A stretch of DNA of 63,967 nt, filler included, from Squatina squatina (Eukaryota), in the NCBI GenBank assembly GCA_031763465.1. It is 4 parts of 4 records of this genome, joined end to end, with 100 filler letters (N's around TTAATTAATTAA, not from the genome) between each part and the next. Parts side by side here need not be neighbours in the genome. Positions count along the whole stretch, not along the records: positions 1 to 13,586 come from JARFOE010824920.1; 3 more parts are not named here. One strand, 5' to 3'. The first letter of the stretch is position 1; each line of letters starts with the position of its first letter. A program made the translations under genes and the position numbers. Below, in pieces: positions 1-11,537 of the stretch. Below the pieces are notes generated by a model. The model saw only the letters and a program-made list of their open reading frames with translations. It did no database searches and was not told where the DNA came from.

Positions 1-248
1 AAAAATTTCTTCACACAGAGAGTAGTGAATCTGTGGAATTCTCTGCCACAGAAAGTAGTTGAGGCCAGTTCATTGGCGATATTTAAGAGGGAGTTGGATA
101 TAGCCCTTGTGGCTAAAGGGATCAGTGGGTATGGAGAGAAAGCAGGTACTGGGTATTGAGTTGGATGATCAGCCATGATCATATTGAATGGCGGTGCAGT
201 CTCGAAGGGCCTAATGACCGACTCCTGCACCTATTTTCTATGTTTCTA
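1..248 (+). mobile_element. CR1 LINE 3' end (ORF2 C-terminus + 3' UTR)
   Basis: Translates NFFTQRVVNLWNSLPQKVVEASSL..FKRELD; followed by the CR1 3' UTR gatcagccatgatcatattgaatggcgg...cctattttctatgtttcta. Confidence 0.9.
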
Positions 249-344
249 AGATGACAGCATAAAAGGTTTAAATTCGTGATGTCCGTTGATGGATAAACGG
301 TGTCCAGATCACCAGAGGAAACCTCTCTGAGCTTCTTCGAAAAT

Positions 345-502
345 TGCTGGGGGATCTTTTACGTTCAGATGGGAGGAGGGCTCTCACCTCGATTTAACAT
401 CTCGCTCAAAAGGCATCACCACTGGCCGTGCAGTGCTCCTGAGAACTGCACTGGGAGTGCAAGCCTGGATTTTCATCACATCTCCGGAGTGGGACTTGAA
501 TC
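345..502 (-). mobile_element. Decayed tRNA-derived (Deu-type) SINE fragment
   Basis: gggatcttttacgt...tttaacatctc...actgcactgggagtg...ggagtgggacttgaa (reverse B-box). Confidence 0.5.
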
Positions 503-1035
503 TTCCATGGTCAGTTTGAGTCTTATTTGGAATTCTGCTGTTAGGTTAACCTTCGTGTGAGGCGAAATCGCTTCACAGTAAAAGCAACTTTGCGATTTAA
601 AGGCATTACATGAATGATTGAGCATAACATCGCATCTGAAGCAACAGACCCTCACTCATTTTATGGGGAGTGGATTTTGTACTAAACCTGCATCAACGAC
701 TATAGACTGGCGGCTCCAGACGGATCCCTGGAGGATCTCCAGTCTTTTCATTGATCCGCCCATGGGATGTGCTGCCAAGGCATTTATTGCACACTTCTGT
801 TTTCTCGCTACAAGAAATGCTTCGGACTAAACTCTCGAGAATGGGAAGTAAATCTTTTGAAAATCAACAAAAAATTTGAAGCTGCAACTTTGACGCGGTT
901 CCTCACTTCAAGATAAACCTGCTCACTCATTCGGATTTGGTGAGAAATACGTACAATTACTTAGAACTATATAGAATGTACACCACAGGGACAGGGCTAT
1001 CGTCACTAATTTTCTGCTGATGCTTACAGGTGTCA

Positions 1036-1378
1036 CAGTGCAATGCAGTGAAGGCAGTCACAGCTCACATCTCATGTACTGAACGGATTGTATGATGGTG
1101 CAATGCAGTGAAGGCAGTCACAGCTCACAGTTCATGTACTAACCAGATTGTGTGATGGTGCATTGCAGTGAAGGCAGTCACAGCTCACATCACATGGACT
1201 GAACGGATTGTCTGATGGTGCAATGTATGGAAGGCAGTCACTGCTCACAGCTCATGTACTAACCGGATTGTCTGATGGTGCAATGCAGAGCGGGCAGTCA
1301 CAGCTCACAGCCGCTGACTGACCAGATTGTGTGATGGTGCACTGCAGAGAGGGCAGTCACGGCTCACAGCTCTTGTAT
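1036..1378. repeat. 60-bp tandem repeat, ~5.7 copies
   Basis: Unit gtgcaatgcagtgaaggcagtcacagctcacatctcatgtactgaacggattgtatgatg recurs in register on successive 60-nt lines. Confidence 0.95.
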
Positions 1379-1404
1379 TGTGTGTGTTCTGTATGTATGT
1401 GCGT

Positions 1405-1436
<32 letters not shown>
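1379..1436. repeat. (TG)n microsatellite
   Basis: Imperfect then pure TG run. Confidence 0.9.
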
Positions 1437-1442
<6 letters not shown>

Positions 1443-2009
1443 ATTTATATAAAAATGTCTTGGATATTGGAATACAGATTAAAATTTTTGAACATGCGAT
1501 TAATCTCAAATTTGGAGTGTTGGTGAACAGTGAGAATGACAGCAATCTACTACAACAGGACAAAGATAGGCGAGGAGACAGGGCAGAAAATTTGCAAATG
1601 GAAGCAACTACAGAAGAGTGTTCGGTGATGCATTTTGGCAAAGTCAAAGGGAGATGTAATACCGGCCTGAACTGTGATCTCCCTGGGTGTGAATGAAAGA
1701 CAGCAAAACTGACACTTGCAATCATAAACTTCGGGACAGATCCAACCCTGAGGCTGCGGAGCTGATCCCCAGCACTGAGTTTTGGATTATTTTGCAATAC
1801 ATTCGCTGTGGAGCTCTTGCCATGTTTTATGCATCAGAAAACCTAGCATATCTGCTTGGATATACGATCGTAAAACATTTTTTAAAAATTGAATTAAAAA
1901 ATAGTGGGACATTACTTGCAACCTATTTTCAGTAACATAAGTATGTTATTTAACGTTGTAATTTTTTTTAATTTCAAAAAGAAGTTAAGTTGGGCAACAT
2001 CCGGTCGAG

Positions 2010-2690
2010 TGAGATTGAGGGACTGAAGAAAATCAATTTTACTATGGAATTGGTGTTATGGAGATTGATGGGATTGAAGGCCGATAATCCCCTAAGCCTG
2101 AAAATCTACATCCCAGTGTACTTAAGGAAAATCTCCGAGAAATAGTGGAGGCAATGGTGGCCATCTTCCAAGATGCTTAGATTCTGTAACACTTCCTATG
2201 TAATGTAAACCAACGACTCAAAAAAGGAGGGAGAGAGAAAACATGCAATTATAGACCACTTAGTCTGACATTGGTAGTGGGGAAAAAGACAGAGTCTATT
2301 ATTAAAGATGTAATAGCAAAGCACTTGGAAAACATTGACTGCATGGATTTACAAAAGGGAACTCATGCTTGACAAATCGACTCGAATTTTCTTGAGGATG
2401 TACCTAGTAGAATATATTAGGTAGAACCAGTGGAGCTGGATTATTTGGACTTTCAGAAGGCTTTCGAAAAGGTCCCACATAAGAGATTGGCATGCAACAT
2501 TAAAGGACATGGGATAGGGGTAAGGTTCTGACATGGATAGAGAACTGGTTGGCAGACAGGAAACAAAGAGTAGGAGAAAACAGGTCTCTTTCCGAGTAGC
2601 ATACATTGACCAGTGGGGTACCGCAGGGATCGGTGCTGGGACCCCAGCTATTCACAATATATATTAATGATATAAAAGTTGATAAGGAAT
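2010..2690 (+). mobile_element. CR1 LINE RT fragment (decayed)
   Basis: NYRPLSLTLVVGK, YLDFQKAF, GVPQGSVLGPQLFTIYIND motifs with frameshifts. Confidence 0.9.
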
Positions 2691-2789
2691 AGTTAGTTAA
2701 ACGGTTGGCAAGGCTCCAAGGAGATAAGCCATACATTCCGGACCAGATGCATGCTAGATTGCTGTGGAATGTAAGGGTTAAATCGGCCT

Positions 2790-3250
2790 TTATATTGCGC
2801 CTATTACTCCAGCTGTGGTCCTAACAAAGCCCTGTGCAATTTTAGCAAGACGTCTTTTACACTTGTACTCCAACGTTCTTGCAATACAGGCCAACATTTC
2901 ACTTAATTTCATAAGTGCTTTCTGTGCCGATATGCTCAAGCTCTGTTTTTTTGTATGAGGATAAAAAAGATCTCTCTTAACACTAACGTTAATACTTTGC
3001 CACCAATTAACAATATTCTGTTTCTCTATTCTTCCGACCAAAGTGAATAACCTCATATCTTCCCATATTATAATGCAACTACCAACCTATTGCCCACTGA
3101 CATTACCTGTCTATACCTGAGGCCCACATGCTGATCCTAACGGCACCGTACGAGTTACAGCCTTCGAAACTGAAAGTTGCCCCTTCATCCCTACTGACTG
3201 GTTCCTGTAGGTTAGCCAATTATCCTCCATTCATAATATATTAAACCAAT
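2790..3250 (-). mobile_element. CR1 LINE RT fragment (decayed)
   Basis: Minus strand reads ..MLACIARTLEYKCK..LAKIAQGFVRTTAGV, similar to the CR1 ORF2 C-terminal region. Confidence 0.75.
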
Positions 3251-3296
3251 CATTTGCCCCTTTATGTTTCGTGTTGTAATGGCCTCTGTTCGTTAA

Positions 3297-4150
3297 GTAC
3301 AGTGCCGGACTTGCACATATCTCTTTCCTTACTGTGAACGGCTGGATTTTGAAAGTCTGTGTCCTTACAGTGCAGCACATTGTGTTGTGCAGACCATTGA
3401 CTATACCAGGAAGTTCTCGTCTCTGTGCAGTTCTATGATCTTACAGTGCAGCGCTGGGTTTGGACATGTCAGTGTTCTTACACAGCAGAGCTTGGTTTCT
3501 GTACTTGCCTCTGTCTTATTAAATCCTGTGTTTGTACAATACAGTGCTTTAGCTGTTCAGCTCTGTGTCTTTACGGTGCAGCTCGGTGTCCTTATGGTGC
3601 AGCCCTGTGTCCTTACGGTGCAGCTCTGTGTCCTCACAGTACAGCTCGGTGTCCTTACGGTGCAGCTCTGTGTCCTCACAGTACAGCTCTGTGTCCGTAT
3701 GGTGCAGCTCTGTGTCCGTACGGTGCAGGTTTGTGTCCTCACAGTACAGCTCTGTGTCCGTACGGTGCAGTGCTGTGGCTGCACAGCTCTGTGTCCTTAC
3801 GATGCAGTGCTGAGTTTGTGAATGCCTGTGACCCTACACTGCAGGGCTGGGCTTGTAGAAGTTGGTATCCGAGTATTGCTGGACTCTGTTTGTACAGGTC
3901 TCTGTCCCTACAATACATTCATGAGGTTTTACATGTCTTTGACCAGACAGTACCGTGCTGGGGTTGGAAAGGTTTATGTCTCCACAATATATTGATTGTG
4001 TTGTAATGTTCTCTGTCCTTACATTGCAGGACTGCGCTTATAAAGGTCTATCCTCTGACGATGCATTGATGGGGTGGTAAAAGTCTCTGTATTTACAGTG
4101 CAGTGTTGACTGCTACAATAGGATTTTACACATCTATGACCATAAGCTGC
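3297..4150. repeat. Degenerate ~37-bp satellite containing a homogeneous 21-bp sub-array (~3559-3810)
   Basis: 21-mer tacggtgcagctctgtgtcct repeated ~10 times; flanks show longer units such as tacagtgcagcgctgggtttggacatgtcagtgttct. Confidence 0.85.
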
Positions 4151-4214
4151 AGCGACGAGGTTATGCCTGTATGGTTGATCACTGATTATTACATTGTGTC
4201 CAGATCCATTTGCA

Positions 4215-5530
4215 AATTCTCGGAAAACAAATCAGTCCTTGCCCGCATACAGCAAGACCTGGACGACATTCCGGCTTGGGCTGATAAGTGGCAAGTACAA
4301 GATGCGCCACACAATTGCCAGGCAATGATTGGCTCCAATAAGCGAGAGTCTAACCACCAGCCCTTGAAATTCAACGGCATTGCCATCGCTGACTCTTCCT
4401 CAATCATCCTGGGGGACACCATTGACAGAAAATGAACTAGATCAGGTCGGAGGCTGAGTGTTGGGCAGCGACTGTCTCACCTCATAACTGCCCAAACATT
4501 GAAAATAGGCCCTTCGAGCCTGCTCCGCCATTCAATATGATCATAGCTGGTCATCCAAGTTCAGTACTCTGTTCCCGCGTTCTCAACATATCCCATGATC
4601 ACTTTAGCCCAAAGAGCTATATCTAATTCCTTCTTGAATATATTTAATGATTTGGCATCAACTTCCTTCTATGGCAGAGAACTCCACAGGTTCACCACTC
4701 TCCGGGTGAAGAAATTCCTCCTCATCTCAGTCCTAAATGGCTTACCTTTTATCCTTAGGCTGTGAGCCCTGTTTCTGTATTCATCTGCCATCGGGAACAC
4801 CCTGCCTACATCTAGTCTGTACAGTCCTGTTAGAATATTATACGTTTCAATGAGGTTCCCTCTCATTCTTCGAAACTCGAGTGAACATAATACTAATCCA
4901 CCCAATCTCTCTTCTTACGTCGGTCCGGCTATCCCAGGCATCAGTCTGGTGAACCTCAGCTGCACTCACTCCAAAACAAGAATATCCTTCCAAAGCCTTT
5001 CCAGAATTAACAAGGCACAAGTCTGGACTGCGCTAGAGTACACTTCATGTGAATGGGTAAGAGCAGCTCCAAAAACACTCAAGAAGCCTGGCGTCATCCA
5101 AGACAAATCAGCCCCCTTATTAGTATCCATCCACCACATTATACATTCACTCCATCCACCTCCAGCGCAACGTGGCTCCAGTGTGCACTGTGCAGAAGAT
5201 GCACGGCTCCTCGCAAGGGCTTCTTCAACAGCATCTCGCAAACCCGTGACCTCTACCGCCAAGTAGGACATGGGCAGCAGGTGCATGCAAACAGTGTTAC
5301 GTGCAATTTCGCCTCCCAGACTCACACCATCCTTACTTGGAAATATATCAACGCTACTTCATTGTCACTGCATCAAAATCCTTCGATCTTCCTCCATAAA
5401 AGTGCATAAGTAGTGCGTTCGACATCGGGACTGCAAGTATGCGGCTCACCTTCTCAAGGGAAGTTAGATGAGGAAATAAATGCTGGTTCTGTCAGCGAGG
5501 CACGTATCCCAGGAACGAATGAAAGTGTAA
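4215..5530 (+). mobile_element. CR1-group (Zenon-like) LINE 3' part, interrupted by a nested CR1 at 4497-4989
   Basis: ARIQQDLDDIPAWADKWQV...; resumes QSLSRINKAQV..LEY; tail aataaatgctggttctgtcagcgaggcacgtatccc; same family as 61485-63850. Confidence 0.85.
4497..4989 (-). mobile_element. CR1 LINE 3' fragment nested in another LINE
   Basis: SLEFRRMRGNLIETYNIL...RRNFFTRRVVNLWSSLP plus CR1 3' UTR; flanked by ccaaa on both sides. Confidence 0.9.
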
Positions 5531-5608
5531 AATCTCATCCGTTAAAGTGCTGGGGGTTTGCACAGGTCTGTGGCCTTACAATTCTCTGCTGGGGTTTTTA
5601 GCAGTCTG

Positions 5609-6201
5609 TGCCTCGGAATCCGACAAAGACACAAACAAGTGAGTATCATACAATGGTATTTATTGAAACAAGTTAACAGGGGACTCTCTCGTCTGAAGAT
5701 GAGTGATTTTCTATTATAATACTGCAGTGGTTATATACAATTCAGTATAGGTTGTGAGCTTCGTTTGCAATAGTCCTGTCTATGCCAGGTAATACAGCTT
5801 GCATGCTGTGCGCACACATACAATACACAGAGGTCCATATGGTTGTTCTCGGCATCCTTATCCTTCAGTTCCTTGTTTGGATTCTTGCCAACGTTCTGAC
5901 TAACACAGCATATCTTTAAGTTCGTAGAGTATCCTGGTTGATTGTTCTGGGCATCTCACAACATGAGCGGTTGTCTCGTTTAATTCCTTTTAAGATTGGT
6001 TACATTTGAAAAGAGATATGAGTCCATCTCATGATGTATATTTTAGCCAGTCAACGTCGCGGACTAACATCCATTGTCTTTGAAATACTGCTTTCTGCAC
6101 TCGAAAGAACTTTAATTGTTTTCATTAGAACGCAACACCAACTCCAATTTTAAACCTATAAGTTGGAGTTTTAATACATACAGTTTTATTTTTCGCTTTC
6201 A
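5609..6201 (-). mobile_element. Probable solo LTR
   Basis: On the minus strand it begins TGAAAG and ends GGCA, with TATATAA (~5730) followed by AATAAA (~5660); flanks gtctg/gtctc resemble a 5-bp TSD. Confidence 0.45.
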
Positions 6202-6204
6202 GTC

Positions 6205-8990
6205 TCGGATATTCACTGTTGAGAGGGATATAGTGTTGGTCATTGATATTCATTGCAGAGAGGGGTCTGTGTTGGTTATTGATATTCAATGTAGAGAGCG
6301 TTAATCTTGGTCATTGATATTCACTGCACAGTGGGTCAGTTTTGGTAATTGATTTTCACTATAGAGAGGTGAAATATTTGTCATTGGTATTCAGTGTAGA
6401 GAGAGGTCACTGTTGGCCATTGATATTAAGTGTAGAGAGTGGTCACTGAAGGCCTTTGGTATTCAGTGTAGAGCAGGGTCAGTGTTGCTCATTGATATTA
6501 AGTTTAGAGAGCTGTCTTTGTTGGTCATTGATATTCAGTGTAGAGAGGTGTCAGTTTTGGTCATTGATATTCAGTTAGAGAGAGTTCAGTGTTGGTCATT
6601 GATATTCAGTGCAGAGAGAGGTCACTGTTGGTAATTGATATTCTGTGTGGAGAGGGGTCAGTGTTGGTCATTGATAGTCAGTTAGAGAGAGATCAGTGTT
6701 GCTCATTGATATTCACTGAGAGAGAGATCAATGTTGGTCAGTGATAGTAAGTGTAGAGAGGTGTCAGTTTTGGTCATTGATGTTCAGTAAGAGGGAGATC
6801 GATGTTGGTCAGTGATATTCAGTGTCGAGAGGGGTCAGTGTTGCTCATTGATATTCAGTGTCGAGAGGGGTCAGTGTTGCTCATTGATATTCAGTTAGAG
6901 AGAGATCGATGTTGGTCATTGATATTCAGTGTAGAGAGGGTCAGTCTTGGTCATTGTGAAAATTGCACGACAAAAGGCGAATTTGCAAATGAATTTAGTT
7001 TGATTGACAAATCGCCCAGAGCTATCAAAGGTTGATATTCGGTGTAATGAGGGGTCAGTGTTGTTCGTTGATATTCAGTTTAGGAGGGTTCAGTGATGGT
7101 CATTGATATTCAATGTAGGATGATCTAGTGTTCGTCACTGATATTCGGTCTAGAGAGGGGTCAGTGTTGATCATTGGCATTCACTGTCGAGAGGTGTCAG
7201 TGTTGGTCCTTGGCATTCAGTGGAGAGAGGGTTCAGCGTTGGTCATTGAAAATCTATGTAGCGAGGTGTCAGTGGTGTTCAGTCATATTCAGTGTAGTGA
7301 GGGTTCAGTGTTGTTAATTGATATTCAGTATAGTGAGGTTTCAGTGTTGTTCATTGATGTTCAGTGTCGTGAGGGTTCAATGTTATTAATTGATATTCAG
7401 TGTAGAGAGTGTTCAGTGTTGTTCATTGATATTCAGTGTAGAGAGGGTTCAGAGTTGTTCATTGATATTCAGTGCAGCGAGGTGTCAGTGTTGTTCATTG
7501 ATACTCAGTGTCGTGAGGGGACAGTGTTGCTCATTCGTATTCACGGTAGACAGGGGTCAGGGTTGGTCATTCAATTTCAGTGTAGAGACGGTTCAGTGTT
7601 GGACATTGATACTCAGTTTAGAGAGGGGTAAGTGTTGGTCATTGATATTCAGTGTAGAGAGGGGTTCAGTGTTGGTCATTGATATTCACTCTTTCGGGAG
7701 TCAGTGTTGGTCATTGATATTCAGTGTAGAGAGGGTTCAGTGTTGTTCATTTATATTCAGTGTAGAGAGGGTGTCAGTGTTGTTCATTGCTATTCACTTT
7801 AGCCCGGGGTCAGTGTTGGTCATTGATATTCAGTGCAGGGAGCGTTCAATGTTGTTGATTCATATTCAGTGTGGAGAGGGTTCAGTGTTGGTTATTAGAT
7901 AGTCAGCGCAGAGAGGGGTCAGTGCTGCTTATTGATATTTAGTGTAGAGAGTGATAGGTGTTGGTCATTGATACTCAGTTTAGAGAGTTGTCAGTATTGG
8001 GCATTGATATTAAGTGTAGAGAGGTGGCAGTGTTGCTCATTGATATTCAGTTAGAGAGAGATCGAAGTTGGTCAGTGATACTCACTGCATAGAGGTGTCA
8101 GTTTTGGTCATTGATATTCAGTGCAGAGAAAGGTCACTGTTGGTCATTTATATTCAGTGTAGAGAGCTGTTAGTGTTGGTCATTTATATTAAGTGTAGAG
8201 AGGTGTCAGTGTTGCTCCTTGATATTCAGTTAGAGAGAGATCGATGTTGGTCAGTGAGTGATGATGAGTGATATTCAGTGCAGAAAGGTGTCAATTTTGG
8301 TCATTGATATTCAGTGTAGAGAGGGTCAGTCTTGGTCATTGTGAAAATTGCACGACAATAGGCGAATTTGCAAAATGAATTTAGTTTGATTGACAAATCG
8401 CCCAGAGCTATCAATTGTTGCTATTCGGTGTAATGAGAGGTCAGTATTGTTCATTGATATTCAGTGCAGGAGGATTCAGTGATGGTCATTAATATTCGAT
8501 GTAGAGAGTGGTCAGTGATGTTCATTGATATTCAGTGTCGTGAGGGTTCAATGTTGTTAGTTGATGCTCAGTGTAGAGAGGGTTCAGTGTTGTTCATTGA
8601 TACTCAGTGTAGCGAGGTGTCAGGGTTGTTCCTTGATATTCAGTGCAGAGAGGGTTCAGTGTTTTTCATTGATATTCAGTGCAGAGAGGGTTCAGTATTG
8701 TTCATTGATATTAGGTTAATGAGGGGTCAATGTTGTTCATTGATATTCAGTGTAGTGAGGTTTCAATGTTGTTCATTGATATTCGGTTGATGAGGTGTCA
8801 GTGTTTTTCATTGATATTCAGTGTAGTGAGGGTTCAGTGTTGTTCGTTGATATTCGGTTAATGAGGGGTCATTGATGGTCCTTGATATTCAGTGTCGTCA
8901 GGGTTCAGTGTAGTTAAGTAATATTCAGTGAAGAGAGTTTCATTGTTGGACATTGATGATCAGGAAAGAGAGGGGTCATGGTTGGGTCAT
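6205..8990. repeat. 36-bp tandem satellite (~70 units) with higher-order structure
   Basis: Unit gatattcagtgtagagaggggtcagtgttggtcatt; gives 12-aa IDIQCREGSVLV periodicity in the ORF track. Confidence 0.95.
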
Positions 8991-9344
8991 TGTGTGAAGT
9001 GCCGTTGCTTGGGAACCAAAGATGAATTTGGACATGACTTTAATATGATTGACAAAACATCCAGATGTCTCAATGTTTTAATACCATGATGCCGAAGAGA
9101 ACATATCTGCCTTTGCGTCCAGAGTAAACTAGATCTGGTGACAATCGAGTCAAGCTCTCAACTACCTCGGCTCTCAACTACCACGTTCTCAGCCATTCCA
9201 TTTCCTGCTTTTTCATCCAGGCAGAAATGCTCTGCAACCATCTCCCTTCAGCGCTTCTCCTGCCCGGGGACCCACATTGAAAAGGTTGCGAATGAGCAAT
9301 CAGATTCTGCAGGCAAAAGTCCACAGGTGAATCCAGGTGAGCGA

Positions 9345-9381
9345 CTGAAGTCAGACGTGTTATCCATTCGGGCACCTGGCC
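9345..9381 (-). pseudogene. 5' half of a tRNA-Arg gene (relic; anticodon position reads TCA)
   Basis: Reverse complement GGCCAGGTGCCCGAATGGATAACACGTCTGACTTCAG resembles vertebrate Arg-TCG GGCCGCGTGGCCTAATGGATAAGGCGTCTGACTTCGG; no recognisable 3' half. Confidence 0.65.
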
Positions 9382-9409
9382 GCTGCCTCTACCAACAAAA
9401 AGTCAAACA

Positions 9410-9640
9410 CAGTGAATGAACCGGGATTGTGAGCGCACATGTTTCAAAGAATCACAGAACGATCCAGAACTGAATACAATCCCATTTTAAACAGATACAG
9501 AATGATTCGGGCCTGAGAGCCTGTACATTTTAAACCAACAATAAATGAAAGGGTACTGACATCATCTACCCTTTTAAACAGATGTCGAATAACCAAGGAC
9601 AGATAGCACATCCCGTTTAAAAAGACTTAGCAGAATTAGT
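9410..9640. repeat. Short degenerate ~44-bp array
   Basis: cagaatgatcc...gacagc...cccattttaaacaga units, same family as 11770-12640. Confidence 0.7.
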
Positions 9641-11447
9641 GGACAGTCAAATGGAGTTAGCGTTCCAATTCTATCCTTCAGATCTTTGAGGAAATATATA
9701 AAGTTTCACATTTTCTCAGCAAAAGAGCCAGTAAAATAATGGATGACGACAGCCCAGCAAAGAGGACCTGCTATGAGGTGAAGTGTCGGAGTGATTAAAA
9801 ATAAAATAAAATAATCGGAAAGGCAAATGTGTGTTAACAGGTCAATAAAGAAACAGAAGATGGTCTAGGGGAGGTGTGAGTTTACAGAGCAGGAACATTC
9901 CCAGCATCTGCTGCCCCAGACAATGGAAGCTCTGGTCATGATCTGATTTATTCAGCTTAGTGTCCACCCGGAAGGTTATGTATCGCCGAATCGAAAGATA
10001 AGGTGCAAATCATTCTTTTTTTATCAGACCAGGCAGCCTGTTCATCCCGGTTTGATACCCTCTCAGCATTGATTTCTGCAGCTACGGGCCCAATTGAAAC
10101 GCCAGCTTATCACATCTTTACAGCTCTGGAGAGAGCTGGGCAGAATAATATTCAGGGCAGATGTGGAAGATGAAGAGATTGACGCTGAAGATAAGATTAT
10201 CACAATTCAGGCGAGCTCCTGGGTGCAGAAAGCTAAAGGTAAACGTCCTTCATTGGTTGGAATCGACAACATGTGTTAGACGTCCAATGAGACACAGAGC
10301 CGGATTCATCATCTGGTTGGTTTTCATTTGCTGCTGTGAATCTCTGTGATTTGGAGGAGTTGGGGATAACTGCCCAAAATCACATGAAGTTAATTTAAAA
10401 TATGCTTTTTTGTGCCATATTCAGAACGTGGTTTTCGACCGAAAAATATGGGAGCTCGACTGTGGTTTGAACATTGGGCATCGCATTTTGGCTCCTTAAA
10501 TCCACAAGCGAGCATTTTACCCCAAGGCCAACAAGCTGCCGAGAAAATTGACCCCAACTCTTTCGTATTGAAATGTCAGATTTTGACGGAAGTTGAGAAA
10601 AGTTCCCAGTCCATCCTACCTGCGCTGTTTCTTGGAGTGTTATTTAATTCAACACGCTCTCCAGAGAAATACAAATATTTTCCCTTAAAATTGTATATAG
10701 GTTGGGACCAGACATGTGCGAAGAACCGCATTTTGGGAGCAGAATATGAATTTAGCCATGAGTTAAAGATGATTGATAAACTGTGCAGAGGCATCAGAAA
10801 TATTCAGTGCCCAGACAGATTCAGAACAGAGAAGGAAGGGTTCAGCAGCAGAACGTAGTGGAAATAATTTCAGCTAAAGAACAGGCAGCGCTTTGTTGAG
10901 CATTCCTGTTGCAATTACACTTTAATCGCAAGACCACAGTCACTGTGAGAGGTCAACTGTATCTCCAGGCCAAACCGGGAATTAATTTGTGGATTACAGT
11001 ATTTTAATTATTTGTAAACGGGTGACAACAGGATAGGCCAGTCAGGGCTACTGTATTGCTTGAAGCTGATCCAGACACTGGGAGCTCCGGCGTTTTGTCC
11101 CCTCCTGCCTGTTCTGTGTCTGTGAGTTTTATCTAATTAGTCGCACTCTCCAGTGTCTGACTTTCATTTTCCCTGTAAATCATATGTTAGTAAGTTGGGA
11201 CCTGACATGTGAGAAATGTGGCATTTTTGGGAGCCAACGGTGAATTGGGACAAGAGTTTGAGCTGTTTGATAACACGTCCAGAGGCCTCAAATATTTTGG
11301 AGGAACGCACGAAGAGGTGATTCGTGCCAATGTATTAAAATATTGACTTTCTCAGTTTTACCTTTGCATCCAAGCTCAATTCCTCTGCAACACCGGCCCC
11401 TTCACTGCGTGTCCAGCAGAAGAAAAACGTTCACACAATGAGTCAAC

Positions 11448-11537
11448 CGAGCTGAGTAGTACTTGAACCTGCAAACTTTTGTTTGCGTTAACCTGCAAAA
11501 CCAAAGTCAGATGCTTATCCCATTAGGCCACATGGCT
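11448..11537 (-). pseudogene. tRNA-Arg(TCG)-derived pseudogene with a 17-nt insertion after position 37 (anticodon now TTG)
   Basis: Reverse complement AGCCATGTGGCCTAATGGGATAAGCATCTGACTTTGG-ttttgcaggttaacgca-AACAAAAGTTTGCAGGTTCAAGTACTACTCAGCTCG; A/B boxes recognisable, stems broken; T5 terminator at 11423-11427. Confidence 0.8.

Noticed and set aside
3387-4006. Cys-rich repetitive ORFs (VLTVQLC / CPYGAAL)
   Set aside because: Translations of the 21-bp satellite, open in several frames on both strands, with no splice or start context.
6205-8990. 36-bp repeat array as a CRISPR array or as a repeat protein (IDIQCREGSVLV ORFs)
   Set aside because: Units are contiguous without unique spacers, there are no cas genes and the context is eukaryotic; the ORFs break by stops and frameshifts and arise only because 36 is divisible by 3.
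9345-9381. Opal-suppressor or selenocysteine tRNA (TCA anticodon)
   Set aside because: Only a 5' half with an Arg-type body; TCA is best explained by CpG decay of TCG.
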